The notes beneath the pieces were generated by a model. It was not told the origin of the DNA. It saw nothing but the letters and a program-made list of their open reading frames with translations, and ran no database searches. Source: Candidatus Bathyarchaeota archaeon (GTDB taxonomy: Archaea; Thermoproteota; Bathyarchaeia; 40CM-2-53-6; RBG-13-38-9). Taken from it: a stretch of 40,416 nt of DNA. The position numbers and the translations under genes were made by a program. The stretch spans positions 1 to 40,416 of the forward strand of contig JAOZGX010000062.1 in the NCBI GenBank assembly GCA_026015185.1, in the 5' to 3' direction. Positions 1 through 9,396 of the stretch are shown piece by piece (the stretch's first letter is position 1; every line of letters begins with the position of its first letter).

Positions 1-510
1 GTAGGAATTGGAGCCGCAGTTTCTGCTAAGATTCTTGGTTCAAAGCAAGTCATAGCTACTGACATTGCTGAAATCAATCTTAAAGTTGCCAAAGAGTTAG
101 GTATAGATCAAACGATAAATGTCAGTGAAGAAGATCTTAGAACAAAAGCCAAGAAATTTGTACCAGAAGGTTTTGACTCTGTGATTGTGGCAACTGGTTA
201 TCCTAAAGCAATAGAGGATGCAATAGTACTTACTCGTAGATGTGCATCAATAGTTGTGGTCAGCTTATTTACAAAGAGTATAACAACAAGCTTTAATCAA
301 TTTGTTCTTCAAGAAAAAGAGATCTTTGGGTCAAGCGCATATACAAAGAGCGATTTTGAGACAGTCGTAAATTGGCTTAACGATGGCAAACTTAAACCAG
401 ACTCAATGGCGACACATAAAATGCCACTAGAAAAAGCATCGGAAGCATTAGAGATTCTACATAAAAGAAATGAACCAGTTATCAAGATAATACTAAAACC
501 AAAACCTTAG
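1..510 (+). CDS. Zn-dependent alcohol/threonine dehydrogenase family (MDR superfamily), C-terminal part; 5' end lies outside the window
   Basis: Frame 1 is open from nt 1 (VGIGAAVSAKILGSKQVIATDIAEINLKVAKELG...) into the listed 181..510 ORF. The Rossmann-type NAD(P)-binding segment and C-terminal fold resemble MDR dehydrogenases. No start codon is present in the window. Confidence 0.55.
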   Translation, partial: VGIGAAVSAKILGSKQVIATDIAEINLKVAKELGIDQTINVSEEDLRTKAKKFVPEGFDSVIVATGYPKAIEDAIVLTRRCASIVVVSLFTKSITTSFNQFVLQEKEIFGSSAYTKSDFETVVNWLNDGKLKPDSMATHKMPLEKASEALEILHKRNEPVIKIILKPKP

Positions 511-963
511 TTTATCCTTTTTTATGGTAAATTCAGAAAGTGCATAAGCCAATGCAAGAATTGTTTTGGATAGAACATTTAACAATTCATTCTGTGGGAT
601 AAAAGTTGGATTATTATAGCTGTTATAGTTAAAACCAAAAAGTACCCAGATAATCCAAGTCAATGAAAAAATCAACAACAATAAACGATTTGGTCGAATT
701 CCTTGGGTATGAGCTAAAATTGGATAAGCAATAAGAGCTATGACTATCCAGAAAGTGCGCGACCATGGCATGTTATGTATTATAGAATCAGTGATTACGA
801 AAAAAATCTCGTATAGAGATGCCCATGCCATAGTCGATACAAATGCTATAAAAAAACTTCTAGTGCGCACTAAGACATAGATGAAGACTACTGAGGCTGT
901 TAGCAAAGTGCTTATACGAATGCTGCCTACGAATCCCAGCTCAATCCATTGATGGGGAATCAA
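493..963 (-). CDS. integral membrane protein, unknown function (4-5 predicted TM helices)
   Basis: 156-aa hydrophobic ORF directly downstream of another membrane-protein gene. TTG is the only in-frame start after the upstream stop, with no ATG before the first TM segment. Confidence 0.4.
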   Translation of the reverse strand: MIPHQWIELGFVGSIRISTLLTASVVFIYVLVRTRSFFIAFVSTMAWASLYEIFFVITDSIIHNMPWSRTFWIVIALIAYPILAHTQGIRPNRLLLLIFSLTWIIWVLFGFNYNSYNNPTFIPQNELLNVLSKTILALAYALSEFTIKKDKLRFWF

Positions 964-1015
964 TTTTATCTCTTCTGTTAACTATGTTTTGCTCAGAATA
1001 GCTCATACATCGATT

Positions 1016-1666
1016 TCATTTTCTGTTTTGAGGTTTGTCCATCGTTAATTCCCAATATTTAATACCCCTATAAAAGAAGGCTACTTGCATCGATATAGTT
1101 ATACAAACGAACAAATAGTGAACATATATTCTAAGACTGTAAATATATGATATCACTCCAAAAATTATGAAAATTATTGTAGAGATATAACAAAACATCT
1201 CCGTCATTGTAGGCCAATTACCCACTCGTTGAAAAATGGGTTCATTTTCTGGATCTTTCATCGCACTACTAAACACATTTAGATATGAAAAGAAACCTAC
1301 AAACGTGCTAGCAGCCAATGAGTAGAACCATAGATGTAATACTGAAAAAATATGATAAATAATCAAGAATTCGGTTAAACCTATAAGAAAAGGCAGACTG
1401 GAATCGGTCAGCCTTGGAATATAGCGTAAAGTAATAGACCCAATCATATTTTCATTCCAGATTATAATAATCATTAGAAATGTTGATAAAGAGATTAATG
1501 CATTCAGAGGAGTAATGTCCGTGAAATGATCTCCTAAAGTCACAATGAAATAACCAAAGATAATCGCCTGAATTATGCTTACTAATGTTAAATATCCACT
1601 TGAATAAGTTTGTTTTACACGTTCAGCTGTTTCCTTGATATCCCTAGTTAATTTTTGGCGTTTCAT
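1016..1666 (-). CDS. integral membrane protein, unknown function (about 6 TM helices)
   Basis: 216-aa ORF with ATG start and several long hydrophobic stretches. No recognisable catalytic motif. Confidence 0.45.
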   Translation of the reverse strand: MKRQKLTRDIKETAERVKQTYSSGYLTLVSIIQAIIFGYFIVTLGDHFTDITPLNALISLSTFLMIIIIWNENMIGSITLRYIPRLTDSSLPFLIGLTEFLIIYHIFSVLHLWFYSLAASTFVGFFSYLNVFSSAMKDPENEPIFQRVGNWPTMTEMFCYISTIIFIIFGVISYIYSLRIYVHYLFVCITISMQVAFFYRGIKYWELTMDKPQNRK

Positions 1667-1735
1667 AAAAAAACCTTCTTTTCAGTAGTTAAATGTCAAT
1701 AGTCCATATATAGTCAGTCTTTTGCATGCCCGATT

Positions 1736-3103
1736 TTATTTTCTTCTAGCTGCTAATATTATTGCTATTAATGCTAGTATGGCTACCCCTATCAATAGTA
1801 GGTTCGTTGGATTTGATAGGAATGACTGAACGTCAAAAGTCTCTTCAACAGTAATATTTGCCTTCTGACTTGTGGATTCCTCATATCTTTCATTTCCTGA
1901 CCAACTAGCTGAAACTGACCAGTCACCATAAGTATCTGGAGTGTAGGTATCACTGAAACCTCCATCTGAGCCTATTGTTGCTTTATGTGTCACAGATCTA
2001 CCGCCTGGTCCTTGATACAATATGCTGACTTCACCATCCGAAGCAGGAGTAAGAGAACCTGAAACCCTTATCCTGCCTCCCTGTGAACTAGCTGAGATAG
2101 ATAAACTAGTAGGTTGCCTTGGTCTCTTCTCCACTTTTAATGTTATAGTTGTTGAATGAGTTTTACCTCCACCTGCAGCATCTACGCTTATTGGATAATT
2201 GCCTATTGGAGTTGATAAGGAAGTTTCTATTCTCAAGGTCGATATGAAGAGTGGTTTACCTGAGGGCACAGTAAAAAAGGGAGTTGCGCCACTAGGTAGA
2301 CCAGAAACTGATAAAGTAACCGGATCATCAAATCCATCTATTGGTTTCACTGTTATCTCAAAACTGGCTTTTTCTCCTTGTTTTATTGTCGCAGAGTTCG
2401 GGTCAGCATGTAAACTAAAGTCAGGAGCACCTTTTACTATCAAAGTTGCTGTTGTAGTTTCTGTTTTTCCTCCACCTGATGCAGTAATTGTTAATGTGTA
2501 TGTCCCAGCTGAAGTGGAACCTGATGCGTCTACTGTAAGTATTGAAGTATAAGTCGGATTATTCGACAGCACAGAGAAGGTATAATGTATATCCCCTGGC
2601 AATCCTGATAGACTTAAAGATACTGGTTTTGATGTTCCGCTCATAAGTTGGACAGCTATCGAATATGTTGTGATTCCCCCAATATCTACAGTTTGTGATA
2701 GAGGATTTATTTCCACTGAATAATCAAATTTTGAAGTTACTACAAGGGTTGCACTCGTCTGATGTGTAACGCTAAGAGCTGATCCAACAACTTTAATTGG
2801 ATAGATTCCTGGAGGCGTCATAGATGAAGTAGTAATTGAGAGGGCTCCAGCCATACTCGATGAATATGTCATTCCTGGGCCCAATCCTGAGACTACAATA
2901 TTAATTACAGTACCTGAATATGATGGATCACTATAGGTTAATTGTATTTGAAAGTGTGCGGTCCCACCCTGTTCAACTGTTTGATTAAATGGGAATAGTC
3001 CTATTGTAAAATCGAATGGGATGCATCTAGATACTGGGATTGATGCTGATATTGAAGTGAGTAAAATTATGATAAATGCAAAAGACAGATATCTATTATT
3101 CAA
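1736..3103 (-). CDS. secreted, C-terminally membrane-anchored cell-surface protein with three tandem Ig-like/beta-sandwich repeats, Thr/Ser-rich
   Basis: TTG start (a stop lies two codons upstream and there is no ATG). N-terminal signal peptide LSFAFIIILLTSISASIPVS. Three ~100-aa repeats share the pattern DF/Y-S-x-x-x-P-x-S-x-T-V...SGLP-G...G-T/N-Y-x-L/I-T-I/V-x-A-x-G-G-G-K-T. The C-terminus carries a TM helix plus basic tail (LLLIGVAILALIAIILAARRK). Confidence 0.6.
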   Translation of the reverse strand: MNNRYLSFAFIIILLTSISASIPVSRCIPFDFTIGLFPFNQTVEQGGTAHFQIQLTYSDPSYSGTVINIVVSGLGPGMTYSSSMAGALSITTSSMTPPGIYPIKVVGSALSVTHQTSATLVVTSKFDYSVEINPLSQTVDIGGITTYSIAVQLMSGTSKPVSLSLSGLPGDIHYTFSVLSNNPTYTSILTVDASGSTSAGTYTLTITASGGGKTETTTATLIVKGAPDFSLHADPNSATIKQGEKASFEITVKPIDGFDDPVTLSVSGLPSGATPFFTVPSGKPLFISTLRIETSLSTPIGNYPISVDAAGGGKTHSTTITLKVEKRPRQPTSLSISASSQGGRIRVSGSLTPASDGEVSILYQGPGGRSVTHKATIGSDGGFSDTYTPDTYGDWSVSASWSGNERYEESTSQKANITVEETFDVQSFLSNPTNLLLIGVAILALIAIILAARRK

Positions 3104-3192
3104 TTTTTAGACCTTCTGTTTTGTCTATTTAGGAAGATTGATTGAAAAGTATATAAAAAGGTTAACAAGGTTTCACAAAATTACTTGAATGT

Positions 3193-4341
3193 CTAACCAA
3201 TTGCTTTGGAAGCTAAAATCGTATAAATCAACTGAGGAAGAGCTATCGATAATATCAGCGCAATACTTATTCCAAAATTTGTAATCATGAACCCAGATAC
3301 CGTGGGGGCAATTGCTGCACTAACCAGAGCAAAACTTAACATGATTCCAGTTGCTGAGCCAATATACCTATTATCGACCCGATCTTGCAAAGCTGAGATC
3401 GCTAGGTTCCAATAAGCATAAGAGGTAAAGCCCAATACTACAGATAAGATCATTAGATTTCCATACTTAATCTGACCAGAAAAATAAAATAACGATATTA
3501 AGAAAGCAGGAAATCCTGAAGCCATTATGCTTTTTCTTCTACCTATTTTATCTGAAAGCACACCATAAAATATTGCACCAAGGGCTCCAGTAATGGAATA
3601 AGAGCCAAATGCTAATCCTACATCTGATAAGTCAAGCATCCCAATCTTATTAAGATAGCTTGGAGCCCATGCAGAATATGAAGAGAATGCAAAATTTGCA
3701 ATGGCAATGGCCGCACAGAGGAAAATTATGTTAATATCTCTTAGAAATAAACGATAATTGATTTTAACCCTGCTCACTTTCTTTTTATTACCTTTGATAC
3801 GTGCACCTACCCATAAGAAACAGGATAAGGTTAGTGCTAACATACCCATTAAATAGAATGGGTTGTGCCAATCATTATTCAGGATCAACATAGCAGTTAT
3901 CCAAGGTCCTATGAATCCACCGATTCCATAGAAAGCGTTTGCGATTCCAACAAGAGCCCCTCGAGAACCTGGTTGAATGTCACCTACAAACGCATAAAGC
4001 GATGCAGTAAAGATTCCAGATCCTATCCCTGCTATGAAGAGAAAAATTAGTATTTCATAATATCCAATGGAGCGACCTGCAAGAATCATTCCAATTGACA
4101 TAATCGTGAAACCTATCGACATAGAAATGTATTTTCCTATTCTATCAGATAGATTGCCACCTAACATGATGAAAATTGCAGTTGCGCCCAGAAGTGATGT
4201 TAGAAACGCACCCCCCTCTGCCTCAATGAGGTTATATTCCTCCATCGCTTCAGGGATAATCATGCCAATAGAAAGCCTGAACATTGCTAGTATGAGATAT
4301 GCGACTAGAGGGGCGATGAAAAATCGGAAATCTTTTTTCAA
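3193..4341 (-). CDS. MFS (major facilitator superfamily) transporter
   Basis: 382 aa with about 12 hydrophobic segments and an MFS-like loop 2-3 (GNLSDRIGKY). TTG start forced by an upstream in-frame stop. Confidence 0.65.
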   Translation of the reverse strand: MKKDFRFFIAPLVAYLILAMFRLSIGMIIPEAMEEYNLIEAEGGAFLTSLLGATAIFIMLGGNLSDRIGKYISMSIGFTIMSIGMILAGRSIGYYEILIFLFIAGIGSGIFTASLYAFVGDIQPGSRGALVGIANAFYGIGGFIGPWITAMLILNNDWHNPFYLMGMLALTLSCFLWVGARIKGNKKKVSRVKINYRLFLRDINIIFLCAAIAIANFAFSSYSAWAPSYLNKIGMLDLSDVGLAFGSYSITGALGAIFYGVLSDKIGRRKSIMASGFPAFLISLFYFSGQIKYGNLMILSVVLGFTSYAYWNLAISALQDRVDNRYIGSATGIMLSFALVSAAIAPTVSGFMITNFGISIALILSIALPQLIYTILASKAIG

Positions 4342-4430
4342 GATTAGAACTCACATCATCACTTGCAGAACGCATTTTTAAAATATTTTAATAAAACCAT
4401 AACTGAGATTACTTCATAGGTGAATAAAGG

Positions 4431-4796
4431 TTGCCACAAGTTACACAAGGCACTTCTACTAATTGGAAAGAGATTATTAATTCTGAAATTCCTGTTGTTG
4501 TAGAGTTCTATACTCCATCCTGCCCTTATTGTAGAACATTGACACCTATATTCCAGAAACTCTCTGACGAATACGTTGACAAATTGAATTTTGTAATGGT
4601 GGATGCGTCGGTTGAAGGAGATATAGCCTCCGGTTACGGCATAATGGGAGTTCCGACAATCAAATTCTTTTGTTCTGGAAGGCCTATTGGAGAGATTGTT
4701 GGTTTCAAGCCTGAGAATGAGCTTAAAACTACCTTTGATGAAATAATTAAGAATTATTCAAAATGCGTTTCAGAAAGTTCACCACTATACGGTTAA
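4431..4796 (+). CDS. thioredoxin/glutaredoxin-like protein (CPYC active site)
   Basis: PVVVEFYTPSCPYCRTLTPIF matches the thioredoxin-fold active-site region (C-P-Y-C). TTG start directly after an in-frame stop. Confidence 0.7.
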   Translation: MPQVTQGTSTNWKEIINSEIPVVVEFYTPSCPYCRTLTPIFQKLSDEYVDKLNFVMVDASVEGDIASGYGIMGVPTIKFFCSGRPIGEIVGFKPENELKTTFDEIIKNYSKCVSESSPLYG

Positions 4797-4837
4797 GGAT
4801 CGATTACAAAGGCTTAGCAAGTAAATTAAAAAAAAAA

Positions 4838-5239
4838 TTATTTTGAGGTTACAGCGATAGCTTCAATTTCTATTAAGCAATCATCCCTTGCTAATCGACT
4901 GATTTCTACGAAAGTACTCGCTGGGGAACTTTTTGCAAAGTATTTATCCCTTACTTCAACAACTTTTTGAAAGTCTTTCATATCTGTCACTAGAATTGTA
5001 GCTTTCACAACATCGTCTAAGGAAGAACCGCTCGCTTTAAGTACCTTTTCAATATTTTGGAAAACACACTCAGTCTGTGCTGTTATATCATTCGGGCCTA
5101 CAAGATTTCCATTCTCATCTAATGGAAGCTCTCCTGCAACGAATACTAAGATGGCGTCACTAAGTTCTACGCTTATCCCATGCGAATATTTGCTTGGTGG
5201 AAGCATCATACCCTCGGGATTTAATATTGTTTTTTTCAT
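4838..5239 (-). CDS. ridA: RidA/YjgF/TdcF family reactive-intermediate deaminase
   Basis: 133 aa. The YjgF family C-terminal signature ...TFVEISRLARDDCLIEIEAIA... and overall length fit RidA. Confidence 0.75.
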   Translation of the reverse strand: MKKTILNPEGMMLPPSKYSHGISVELSDAILVFVAGELPLDENGNLVGPNDITAQTECVFQNIEKVLKASGSSLDDVVKATILVTDMKDFQKVVEVRDKYFAKSSPASTFVEISRLARDDCLIEIEAIAVTSK

Positions 5240-5305
5240 AATCCATTCACCATGAATATGTTATTGAATTTAAACTAAAAACATTCTAATGAATTGATTG
5301 CGGTA

Positions 5306-6187
5306 TCATTTGATCCCAGCCAATTCTTTGATTAGTTCCATTATTACTGAATAATCTTGTTCTCCTTTTCCCTTTGCTTTGGCAGCTGTATATATCTCAT
5401 GGACAATACTTGCCGATGGAGTTGGAACATTCAAGTTTCGAGTTTCCTCTTTTACAAGACCTATATCTTTGCACATAAGGTTCAATGCAAAAGCAGTATC
5501 ATAATTGTCTTCTATCATCGATTTACCTTTTGCCTCACTTCCACCAGATTTTGCTCCTGTTGAATTGATGATTTCTACCATTAGTTTAGGATCTATTCCT
5601 GCCTTCATGCCAAATGCAAGACCTTCTGCGAGCGTTTCAAGATTCATAGCTATGATCATATTCATAACAAGTTTCATGTATGAACCCATTCCATTTTCAC
5701 CGATATAGAATGAGCCCTTACCCATAGCATTCAGAACATCTTGAATATCTTCATATACTTGCTTATTCCCACCAACAAGAAAGATTAAGATTCCCTCCTC
5801 AGCCTGTTTCTTACTTCCTGCAACTGGAGCATCTAACATTTCCACACCCTTTTTTCTAGTTTCTTCAGCAATTTTTGCAGAAACTCTTGGAGATATTGTA
5901 CTACAATCGATTATGACTGATCCTTTCTTAGCTCCTTCCGATAATCCATTTTTTCCCAATACGACTTCTTCAACAGCTGCCGAATCGGATAGCATAGTTA
6001 TAGTTACATCTGATCTTTCTCCAACTTCTTTTGGAGAATTTGCTACTGCTGCACCAGTTTTACCTAATTCTTGGGCTTTTTCCATAGTTCTATTATAAAC
6101 TGTAGTTTCATATCCAGCCTTTATCAGATGCTTTGCCATTCTATTACCCATTAACCCTAAGCCTATAAAACCAATTTTTTTTGTCAT
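5306..6187 (-). CDS. NAD(P)-dependent beta-hydroxyacid dehydrogenase (3-hydroxyisobutyrate / 2-hydroxy-3-oxopropionate reductase family)
   Basis: N-terminal Rossmann motif IGFIGLGLMGNRMAKHL and the 6-phosphogluconate-dehydrogenase-like C-terminal domain. 293 aa is typical of MmsB/GarR. Confidence 0.8.
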   Translation of the reverse strand: MTKKIGFIGLGLMGNRMAKHLIKAGYETTVYNRTMEKAQELGKTGAAVANSPKEVGERSDVTITMLSDSAAVEEVVLGKNGLSEGAKKGSVIIDCSTISPRVSAKIAEETRKKGVEMLDAPVAGSKKQAEEGILIFLVGGNKQVYEDIQDVLNAMGKGSFYIGENGMGSYMKLVMNMIIAMNLETLAEGLAFGMKAGIDPKLMVEIINSTGAKSGGSEAKGKSMIEDNYDTAFALNLMCKDIGLVKEETRNLNVPTPSASIVHEIYTAAKAKGKGEQDYSVIMELIKELAGIK

Positions 6188-6279
6188 TAGAAATTTCCTC
6201 TATTGTTTTTTAATTGCTTTATTCTTAAATTATATGTGTTTAAATATTTGTAATTAAAAACTCTCTTAAGGTGCAAAAT

Positions 6280-6555
6280 ATGCTCGGTAGCAAACTTCAG
6301 AATGTTGTGATTTTCAGTAGAGATATGGTGAAGCTTGGAAAAACTAAAGATATTGAGATAGACACGAAGAATATGAGGATCACTAATCTTATACTCGAAA
6401 TTGAAGATGATGCGGCAAAAAAACTGTTTGGTCAATCTCCACGATTAGGTAATGCCAAAGGCAAAGTTTCTGTAGACCTAATTGAGAGCGCCAAAGATGC
6501 AGTAATTTTAAAGAAAACTATGAATGAACTAAAAGGATCTATCGAACAGATATAA
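6280..6555 (+). CDS. small PRC-barrel-like domain protein
   Basis: About 91 aa from the internal ATG (the ORF-track start at 6271 is GTG). The pattern of a short beta-barrel protein fits archaeal PRC-barrel proteins: GSKL.NVVIFSRDMVKLGKTKDIEID...ITNLILE. The assignment is weak. Confidence 0.4.
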   Translation: MLGSKLQNVVIFSRDMVKLGKTKDIEIDTKNMRITNLILEIEDDAAKKLFGQSPRLGNAKGKVSVDLIESAKDAVILKKTMNELKGSIEQI

Positions 6556-6578
6556 AACAGATTTATGTTGACTTATTC

Positions 6579-7250
6579 CTACTTGAAAACTCTCCCTGTC
6601 TCTTTACACCATAAAAGTAAATCCAGATGATCCAGCGGTATCTCAATTCTTCTGGTAAACTCTATTATTGAATTTTCAATTTCATAATATTTTTTTCTCT
6701 GAAGGTTTTTTGGATTCTCTTTTATTATTCCTAATGATTCCAAATTTTTCAGTATATGTCTATCAAGAATTGCAAGTTCTTCTCCACGACCAATATTTCT
6801 TAAGAAATGGCTAGCTTCTTTATATCCAAATCCTTTAATATTTTGAACCAACCACTCTCTGGCCGTTCTTGCATTCCTAAATTTTTCAATTTTTGATTTA
6901 ATTGATATCTTTCCATCTTTTGTGAAGCAATTCCTTGCTTCTACTATAAACATCGCTTTTCTGTTTTTGAATCGTATATCATACAATCCATTAGCAATTT
7001 GTTTTGAATTTCCCTTCAAAAATAATTTATCCTGACAAATTCTTTCGACTGCATAAGAACAAGTCAATGCTTTAGACTGCGGTGTTAAAATACAAAATAT
7101 AAGCTCTGAAAATATGTCCTCATCAGTTCCTGCATTCCAAATTTCTTTAAACTCGTTTAATCGTTTTTCAATTTCTTTTTGTCTAATATGATATATTCTC
7201 TTGATTTCTTCAATCAAGCTCTTCTTAGTCTTTAAGGAATTTTCTTGCAT
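6579..7250 (-). CDS. ogg: archaeal Ogg2-type N-glycosylase/DNA lyase (8-oxoguanine DNA glycosylase)
   Basis: HhH-GPD region GFGYKEASHFLRNIGRGEELAILDRHI with an 18-residue Lys-to-Asp spacing as in Ogg2. About 220 aa. Confidence 0.65.
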   Translation of the reverse strand: MQENSLKTKKSLIEEIKRIYHIRQKEIEKRLNEFKEIWNAGTDEDIFSELIFCILTPQSKALTCSYAVERICQDKLFLKGNSKQIANGLYDIRFKNRKAMFIVEARNCFTKDGKISIKSKIEKFRNARTAREWLVQNIKGFGYKEASHFLRNIGRGEELAILDRHILKNLESLGIIKENPKNLQRKKYYEIENSIIEFTRRIEIPLDHLDLLLWCKETGRVFK

Positions 7251-7384
7251 TGTACCAACTCATTCATTACCTTAGTTATTTTAAAAAATCCAGAATTCTC
7301 ATATCTTCCTGTATTAATTAATCTGTTTTATGTAAACGCATTATCTATTTAATATATCAAAGATATTTGGGGCTATATCGATAG

Positions 7385-8053
7385 ATGAAACTGGTTAGCC
7401 ACTCCAATAATACTGAATCAGAAAATCAGTCAAGAATACTAAAAATAATTGAATTATTAGAGAAAGAGCATCCCGATGCAAAAATAACCTTAAAATTTTC
7501 AAATCCTTTGGAACTTTTAGTGGCAACTATGCTGTCTGCTCAATGTACTGATAACAGAGTAAACATAGTTACTGAGTCATTATTCAAGAAATACAAGAAA
7601 GCAGAAGACTATGCTAATGCGGAAGTTAAATTCCTTGAAGAGGATATTAGGTCAACAGGTTTTTTCAGAAACAAAGCTAAAAATATCAAGAAATGTTGCC
7701 ATCTCTTAGTAGAAAAATATGACTCTCAGGTCCCAATGGAAATGGAAAGTATGCTTGAATTACCTGGCGTTGCAAGGAAAACAGCAAATATTGTTTTATT
7801 AAATGCGTATGGAGTTGTTGAAGGAATTGCGGTTGATACACATGTTCGAAGATTAGCTCAAAGATTAGGCCTTTCAGAAAATAAAAATCCGGATAAAATA
7901 GAAAGAGATCTTATGAATGTAATCCCAGAAGATCTGTGGAAAAAAATCGCTGATCTATTAATATTTCACGGCAGGCGAGTCTGTGTAGCTAGGAAACCTA
8001 AATGCTCAATATGTGCAATTAAAGACCTTTGTCCTTCAGCATTCAAATTTTAA
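7385..8053 (+). CDS. nth: endonuclease III (Nth), HhH-GPD base-excision glycosylase with 4Fe-4S cluster
   Basis: LPGVARKTANIVL (HhH), VDTHVRRLAQRLGL, and the C-terminal C-x6-C-x2-C-x5-C motif (CVARKPKCSICAIKDLC). Confidence 0.85.
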   Translation: MKLVSHSNNTESENQSRILKIIELLEKEHPDAKITLKFSNPLELLVATMLSAQCTDNRVNIVTESLFKKYKKAEDYANAEVKFLEEDIRSTGFFRNKAKNIKKCCHLLVEKYDSQVPMEMESMLELPGVARKTANIVLLNAYGVVEGIAVDTHVRRLAQRLGLSENKNPDKIERDLMNVIPEDLWKKIADLLIFHGRRVCVARKPKCSICAIKDLCPSAFKF

Positions 8054-8132
8054 ATAGGCTCTTACAATGAGCTAAACTATGAATTTATCAATTCATTTGC
8101 TAGTTAAAACAAAAATTTAGTGAAAAAATATA

Positions 8133-9359
8133 ATGTTGAAAACAAGTGCATTGAATCCCACTGTTATAAATAAGTTGAAAAAATATGACCCAGTAGACAT
8201 CATAATTGGAATACCTTCGTATAATTGTGCTCATATAATCAACTATGTGATCCATGAATCTGCAAGAGGCCTCTCAAAATATTTTCCTGATTTAAAATGT
8301 TTAATTCTAATTTCAGATGGCGGATCTACTGATGGGACTCGTGAAGTTGTAAAAGCAATAAAACTGCCTGAGAAAATAAAGCGAGAAGTTTTTACCTATT
8401 CTGGAGAATCGGGAAAAGGAACGGCAATTAAAGCTATCTTTGAATCAGTGAAATTGTTAAATGCAAAAGCTATGGCAATGGTTGATTCAGATCTTAGAAG
8501 TATAAAACCTCAATGGATGAAACTCCTTTTAGAGCCTGTATTGAAGGATAATGATTTAATCACTCCACTGTACATGCGACATAGATATGATGGCACTATT
8601 ACGAACTTCATTTGCTATCCTTTTACTAGTGGTGTTTATGGGAAATACGTTAGACAACCTATAGGAGGTGATTTTGGACTATCGAATAATCTAGTTCAGA
8701 AACTTCTTGAAAGTCCTCTATGGAATCTTAAAAGTATAGCAAAATTTGGCATTGATATTTTTATCACTCATACCGCAATTGCAGGAGGTTTTGAAATAAA
8801 GCAAGCGATGCTAGGAGTCAAATTACATGAAGCCAAGGATCCTGGTAAGCATTTATCGCCTATGTTCAATAATGTGGTTGGAACAATGCTCAATTGTATG
8901 ATGCATTATGAAGATTTTTGGAGAAAAATAAAGGAAAGTAACTCGGTTCCTATAATAGAAGAAAACCTAAAATCAGCTAATCCTGAACCAATAAGAATAG
9001 ATATTGAATTATTAATTACGAATTTTGAGAAGGGATTGAAAAAATATCATAAAATCTTAAAATCAATTTTATCTCTGGACTCTTACAACTCAATATACAA
9101 GAACCGATCAAAATATTCATTGATTTCTCCTGAAATCTGGCCGAAGGTCTCTTATGAAATGGCTGCAGCATTCAAGAAGACGAATGACAAAAATTCTAGA
9201 GAAACTTTTCTAGATGTTTTCAGAGCGTTATGGTCTGGTAGAGTAGCTGATTATGCTTCAAAGTCTGCAGAACTTACTGAAGTAGCGGCTGAAGAGATGA
9301 TTACTAAAGACTCACAATTATTTGAAAAATCAAAAAAATATCTTTTAGAAATTTTCTAA
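8133..9359 (+). CDS. GT-A fold glycosyltransferase, divergent glucosyl/mannosyl-3-phosphoglycerate synthase-like (GT81/MpgS-like), with a ~130-aa C-terminal extension
   Basis: IIIGIPSYN...LISDGGSTDGT...SGKGTAIKAIF...AMAMVDSDLRSIKPQWMKLLLEPVL...QPIGGDFGLS parallels the GpgS blocks (VLDSGSTDDT / PGKGEALW / FIDSDL / QPLSGEYAAS), including the DSD metal motif. Confidence 0.5.
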   Translation: MLKTSALNPTVINKLKKYDPVDIIIGIPSYNCAHIINYVIHESARGLSKYFPDLKCLILISDGGSTDGTREVVKAIKLPEKIKREVFTYSGESGKGTAIKAIFESVKLLNAKAMAMVDSDLRSIKPQWMKLLLEPVLKDNDLITPLYMRHRYDGTITNFICYPFTSGVYGKYVRQPIGGDFGLSNNLVQKLLESPLWNLKSIAKFGIDIFITHTAIAGGFEIKQAMLGVKLHEAKDPGKHLSPMFNNVVGTMLNCMMHYEDFWRKIKESNSVPIIEENLKSANPEPIRIDIELLITNFEKGLKKYHKILKSILSLDSYNSIYKNRSKYSLISPEIWPKVSYEMAAAFKKTNDKNSRETFLDVFRALWSGRVADYASKSAELTEVAAEEMITKDSQLFEKSKKYLLEIF

Positions 9360-9396
9360 TTGTATCTAATGCACTCATTTTTGAGAATTAAATAAA

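Noticed and set aside
2199-2552. 117-aa plus-strand ORF inside the surface-protein gene
   Set aside because: It lies entirely antisense within a well-supported repeat-domain CDS. Its composition mirrors the Thr/Ser codons of the opposite strand, so it is a shadow ORF.
3865-4381. Two plus-strand ORFs (61 and 104 aa) inside the MFS transporter gene
   Set aside because: They are antisense to a 12-TM transporter CDS with no independent support.
5357-6098. Three small plus-strand ORFs (61-68 aa) within the dehydrogenase gene
   Set aside because: They are antisense to a strongly supported Rossmann-fold CDS.
6187-6435. 82-aa minus-strand ORF overlapping the PRC-barrel gene and its promoter
   Set aside because: It is AT-rich and low-complexity, and it overlaps a better-supported plus-strand ORF and the upstream region of the dehydrogenase gene.
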